From Octopus sinensis (Eukaryota), in assembly GCF_006345805.1 (NCBI RefSeq), contig NW_021826577.1:1-12464 (forward strand): a stretch of DNA of 12,464 nt, in the 5' to 3' direction. The notes below the pieces were generated by a model. The model made no database searches, had not been told where the DNA came from, and saw nothing but the letters and a program-made list of their open reading frames with translations. Below are positions 8,226 through 12,464 of the stretch, in pieces (within the stretch, counting starts at the first letter, position 1; each line of letters opens with the position of its first letter). The translations under genes were made by a program, and so were the position numbers.

Positions 8226-9329
8226 ACACACATACATACACACACAAACACTTTTTTTAATTTTGTCTGGTATAAATTTTCATTTTGGTATTATATAATA
8301 CTAACAGAGGCATACCAGTTAATATGAACCAAGATTGGAAGATGTTGTCTTTCAAATTTTCTGAAATGTTTTTCTAAGGTAAGTAGATTTTGTATCTAGT
8401 CAATCCTGAAAAATCGCAGCACCTAAATATATGCGGTTCTGATTTTATGTTTGTTGCAATTGGGAGACGCTGAAGCTTTCCGACTCGATGAGGCATACTT
8501 GATAAACTCGGTCGTTGATGAAGCCATAACAGTGCTCGAAAATAATGAAAACTAAAAAATAAATCAGTTCGGTTTATGCGTAGGCAATTGTAATAGAAGA
8601 TACACAAATAACCAGTCCTCTTTCCGACAAATTCACAAGAATAAAGCCACAAAGCTGGGTTAGCCATAAATGGATATGAAGACCAACTCCACACTACATA
8701 GTCAGGTGGAGCTTCATGGAGAAATCCGTGTCATATGTAAATGGATGAATGAATTGTTGGCTATATGCAGCCGAAAGTTATCACATTTTTAAAACCAAAA
8801 ATTCGATTACATTAAATTGAGAACTGAAATTTTTCACAAATGCATGCACATGGACAAATTTCTTTTATTCGACTGGAGGACGCCGTCCTCTCCAGATTGA
8901 GCTTGCTGTCTCACAGACATTTGCTTCTTCTTCGATGAAGTATTTTACAACTTTATTATTTATGATTTCGTTGGACAAAGAAGAAACAATTGGTTTTATT
9001 TTCTTCGTTTCCATTTTTATTTACCTTTTGTTTTCTATCCTGCCTATCTTCATTCCACTTTTGGTATTCACATTCCTCTCGCCTTTTCTCGTGTTTTCTC
9101 ATAGAGAAGCGTTCGATCTCGGTTTTTCAAATAAGACCATCCATGTGTAATGGAGTTTGAATGATTCCTTGAAGACACAGGGTATGATATATAACACTAC
9201 CAACATACTGTGATTCATCGTCATGAAATTATTAGTATCTCATGTCTAAGTACTGTGTATATTAAATTATATCTACCTCTCATTTGATGGAGTATTTTAT
9301 TGCTGATCCTACTAGCAACAGAACAGTAA

Positions 9330-9375
9330 TGTGTGTGTGTGAATGTGTGTGCGTATGTGTGTGTTTGTGTATGTA
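9330..9375. repeat. Imperfect (TG)n
   Basis: Directly visible. Confidence 0.95.
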
Positions 9376-10050
9376 TTTAACACCTTTTTAGTTAAACCTG
9401 ATGAATTTCCTGATGTCATTAAATGCAAATGCGCCAACTAAAAGTGAAACCAAAACAAGATTTTGCAGATATAACACAGGTGATTGCATAAAATCTATTT
9501 AATAACTTATAACATACTTATGGCAACATTAAACTATGTTTATATGTGCATGAAATGAAAATATAATGGAAACCGCAGTAAAGTATAATAATGATTGTAA
9601 CTCAAGCTGTAAACAGAATAAAAATCGGTTTATTCCAACATCTATATCGATGATAATTTAATGTATATTTGACAAGGTATTTTACAGTCGTTCGTACATT
9701 GGTATTGATTATTGTTCAATAGCATTAGCAATGCAAATGTAAAATGTATGACAGTGATATCAAATTAGATATGGCGGAGATATCGTAATTATTAATGTAT
9801 TGCTATCTACGGTTATCAGTAAAAGACACAGTCACATTATTAAAGTTTTACTGATTGCGTTAAGTGATAATATGGCGGACCTTTAGTAATAGCCAGTGTG
9901 TTAATGGCAATATTCCCAAGTGTTGCCACAATTATATTAAATTTTAATTAGTGCCATATTCTTACTATTCTGCTCTGTTTTCTTGCATTAGTGGTACTAA
10001 ATGGGAGCATACAGAATTATTAAAACATATTGAATATCTAATAATCGCTA

Positions 10051-10400
10051 TGTACTCAATCTAAGGTACTTAGTAAGAAGATTAGCTGGAACTAAGACGT
10101 TAGAGAATAGCGCTTAACATGAATTGGCAGTCCCATATAACAGACCAGATTCTTTATGGTAATCTTCGAAGAATTAATTCCACCTTAATGGAAAGAAGAC
10201 GGGATTCTGTGGACATTGCTTTCGTAGCAAGAATGAAGTACTGGGTCAACTGTTGAAGTGGGAACTAACACACGGAACCTACGCACATAAGAGTCTTTTT
10301 GCTTGGACATTTATTGACAAACTGGCTGAAGATTCTGTTCTACTAAAGAGCGAGCTACCAAGTGCAATGCAGAAGAAGGAATTCTGGAGACAAGTGTATG
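10051..10400 (+). mobile_element. RTE-like (RTE/RTEX) LINE ORF2 C-terminal relic
   Basis: Stitching frames gives RIALNMNWQSHITDQILYGNLRRINSTLMERRR / FCGHCFRSKNEVLGQLLKWELTHG...WTFIDKLAEDSVLLKSELPSAMQKKEFWRQV. This matches the post-RT RRRLRFxGHCxR...LLWxPxHG...TFIDxL...DRxxWR pattern of RTE-type LINEs. Frameshifts are present. Confidence 0.8.
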
Positions 10401-10415
10401 GTGGGGGTTTGTCTT

Positions 10416-10551
10416 CGGACTTTGGCAAAAGAGGCCCGATGGAATAAATACCTCATCTAACATAGAAGTACTAGGATCGGTTTGCTTGATTAAACACTTC
10501 AAGGAGGTGCCCCAGCATGGTCGCTGTTCAATGAATGAAACAAGTCAAAGA
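10416..10551 (+). mobile_element. Diverged SINE 3' half, same family as 71-219
   Basis: TTTGGCAAAAGAGGCCCGATGGAATAAATAC...GGTGCCCCAGCATGGTCGCTGTTCAATGAATGAAACAAGTCAAAG is colinear with the reverse complement of 80-210. Confidence 0.8.
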
Positions 10552-10679
10552 CAAATTACACAGGCGTAGACATTTTTATTCATAATGGAATAATAATACC
10601 TCATTTTGGTTGCGATGTTTGTTTATATTTTGAATTTATTGTCGTTTTCTGAGCTGTAATTCTTACACACCCAAACAAG

Positions 10680-10702
10680 AATAATAATAATAATAATAAT
10701 AA
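10680..10702. repeat. (TAA)n microsatellite
   Basis: Directly visible. Confidence 0.95.
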
Positions 10703-10804
10703 CAATTATAATGATAAACAAGAAGTGATGTTGTTTGTAATTTTAAGATTTATAAATTGATAGATTTTAATCAAGAAAATTTTTTATCTGATTTAAATAT
10801 CAAT

Positions 10805-11072
10805 GAATCGGCTAGACTATCGGATGTTGTTAAACACCGCTGATCTCAATACTTCGCTTTGTTGTCACTTTCGAATGTGGCCTTCCGGCTGTCTAGACGG
10901 CCAGGCTAAAATTTCCCCAGAATTGAACTCCAGTTCACCCATTTAAGGCTGAATCGTCTGGACCATCGTCAAATGGAGTGTTTTGTTCTAAAACACAACG
11001 TGCTGTCGGCTATGGGAATAGAAACCAAAATCTTGTGATCGTGAATGCAACAACCAAAACACCATGCCACGG
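10805..11072 (-). mobile_element. Diverged tRNA/CORE-like SINE, apparently near full length, with a 3' body different from 7943-8097
   Basis: The minus strand GTGGCATGGTGTTTTGG...CACGATCACAAGATTTTGGTTTCTATTCC...GTTGTGTTTTAGAACAAAAACACTCCATTTGACG aligns to 7953-8057. The extent of the 3' body to about 10805 is from recollection of the family and is less certain. Confidence 0.7.
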
Positions 11073-11264
11073 TCAAAATATATTATCCAGTGAATAAAGT
11101 TACAAACGCTGGTTTCGTGTAGTTTACTTGTGTGGCCCATTGAAAAGAGATCAACAATAATTCGTGTTACATTCATATTTCTCGTCAAGATTCATTTTAA
11201 CACCAAAAATTAGAGGACACGATTATGTTGCAACCATTCGGTTCAGACGACCAATTTGAGGATA

Positions 11265-11609
11265 CCTCCTTCCTCTTTCTTTCTCTGTCTCTGTCTCTCT
11301 ATCACTCTTTCCCCCTCTTTCTCTCTCTCTACCTTTCTCACCTCTCTTTACCTCTTTCTCTTTCCTCTCTTTCCCCCTCTCTCTCTCACACTGTCTCTAC
11401 TCCTCTCTCACCGCCTCTCTTTCTCTTTCCCTTTCTCTCATCTTCCCTGTCATCCCCTCTCTCTCTCTCTCCTCTTCTCTCCCCCTTTCTCTCTCCTGTC
11501 TCTCTGCTGTTTCACCTCTCTCTTCCTGTCTCTCCTCCTCTCCCCCTCCACTTCTGTCAGCCCTTCCCTCTCTCACCCAACTCCCTCTCTCTCCTTCTCT
11601 CTCTCTCTC
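11265..11609. repeat. CT-rich polypyrimidine low-complexity tract
   Basis: Directly visible; explains ORFs 11225-11659, 11256-11630 and the RE-rich end of 11397-11720. Confidence 0.97.
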
Positions 11610-11614
11610 AACAT

Positions 11615-12031
11615 ACTTGGACCCTTCTAATGAGTCATCCACGCTTTCGTTCCTTCTGAATCTAAAACCAAAAATTCCCTTTTTTTTTAATACCTGTGTT
11701 AAATTCGACCTTACTTCCATTAATTAGGATTAAAAACTGAAGCCATCTCCTCATTTATGACCGTCCACATACAAAGAAGAGACATTGACTTAATATATTC
11801 GTTACATTTACGGGTCTTTGGACCCATCAAGGCTTTCTCTCTTTCATCCAGGGATCTCAAAGGTATAAGGGCCCAATTCTGATCTATAAGACCCACTTCC
11901 TTGATTTTCCCAGGGATTTATATTGCGGCTAAGACAGCTCTGCCTGCTGGGTCTGGAGAAGAAGAGCAACCTCTACTACGTTTACAGGTCTTCCGAGGTC
12001 GTTGAGCTTTTGAGATTCCACTGCCTTCCAT
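11615..12031 (-). mobile_element. Probable degenerate ORF1 N-terminus of a LINE (L1/Tx1-like)
   Basis: ATG at 12031: MEGSGISKAQRPRKTCKRSRGCSSSPDPAGRAVLAAI*IPGKIKEVGLIDQNWALIPLRSLDEREKALMGPKTRKCNEYIKSMSLLCMWTVINEEMASVFNPN*. This is one frame of 103 codons with one internal stop (11918-11920), followed by NLTQVLKKKGIFGFRF in a shifted frame. It resembles, from memory only, repetitive octopus ORF1-like proteins. Confidence 0.55.
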
Positions 12032-12464
12032 AGATATGGTATATAGGTTTATATTAACAATAGAAATACATTTAGTTTGTTCAGGTAAGAAAGTAAACGG
12101 ACATCGACCTTCTCATTTTTCTCGAAAAAATGCGAATATATACTTAAAGTTCACGCTCAGAAGAAAATGAAATTTCAAGAAAATATCAATTTATTTATTT
12201 CAAATATAGTTTTCACTAGAATTTTTGCAACTAAATATTTTACGAGAATCTACAAAAATTATTTTTACTTAAACTAAAAGAAAATCAGGATATTCATTTA
12301 AATAGTTTTTGGAAAATAATTTCTAAACTTAGAGGTTTTAGGATATTTCGGAAAATATATCTTAAATAATTTTGATCATATTTAATATTTTAGCAATGTG
12401 AAATCCATAAAAAAATTTGTTCACCAATTGTAAATTTACTATGTAATTTTTATTAAATTGCTTT

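Noticed and set aside
8873-8895. GC-rich hairpin CTGGAGGAC-GCC-GTCCTCTCCAG as a Helitron end or terminator
   Set aside because: No downstream CTRR on either strand and no U-tract; eukaryotic context.
8935-9150. Hydrophobic 71-aa ORF as a membrane protein
   Set aside because: The hydrophobicity follows from the T-rich antisense of a purine-rich strand; no other support.
9395-9460. CTGATGA ... GAAAC on the plus strand
   Set aside because: No stem III closing with NUH and no stem I complement.
12130-12464. AT-rich end region as a DNA-transposon or MITE fragment
   Set aside because: No terminal repeat, target duplication or ORF could be identified within the window.

Overview
AT-rich eukaryotic non-coding DNA packed with microsatellites and transposon relics. 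The repeat families resemble, from memory, those of octopus genomes; this is an inference with no search run. No intact host protein-coding gene is supported, and nearly all listed ORFs are microsatellite read-throughs. Identifiable elements are several tRNA-derived SINEs and SINE fragments and two 5'-truncated R4/Dong-like (RLE) LINE ends. There is also the left end of a Tc1/mariner-type transposon joined directly to one of those LINE ends, an RTE-like LINE 3' relic and a probable LINE ORF1 relic. The most notable signal is a type I hammerhead-ribozyme motif on the minus strand (2455-2524) at the apex of a 22-bp inverted repeat. Its stem III is short and near-palindromic, suggesting dimer-dependent cleavage, and carries one apparently damaging substitution.
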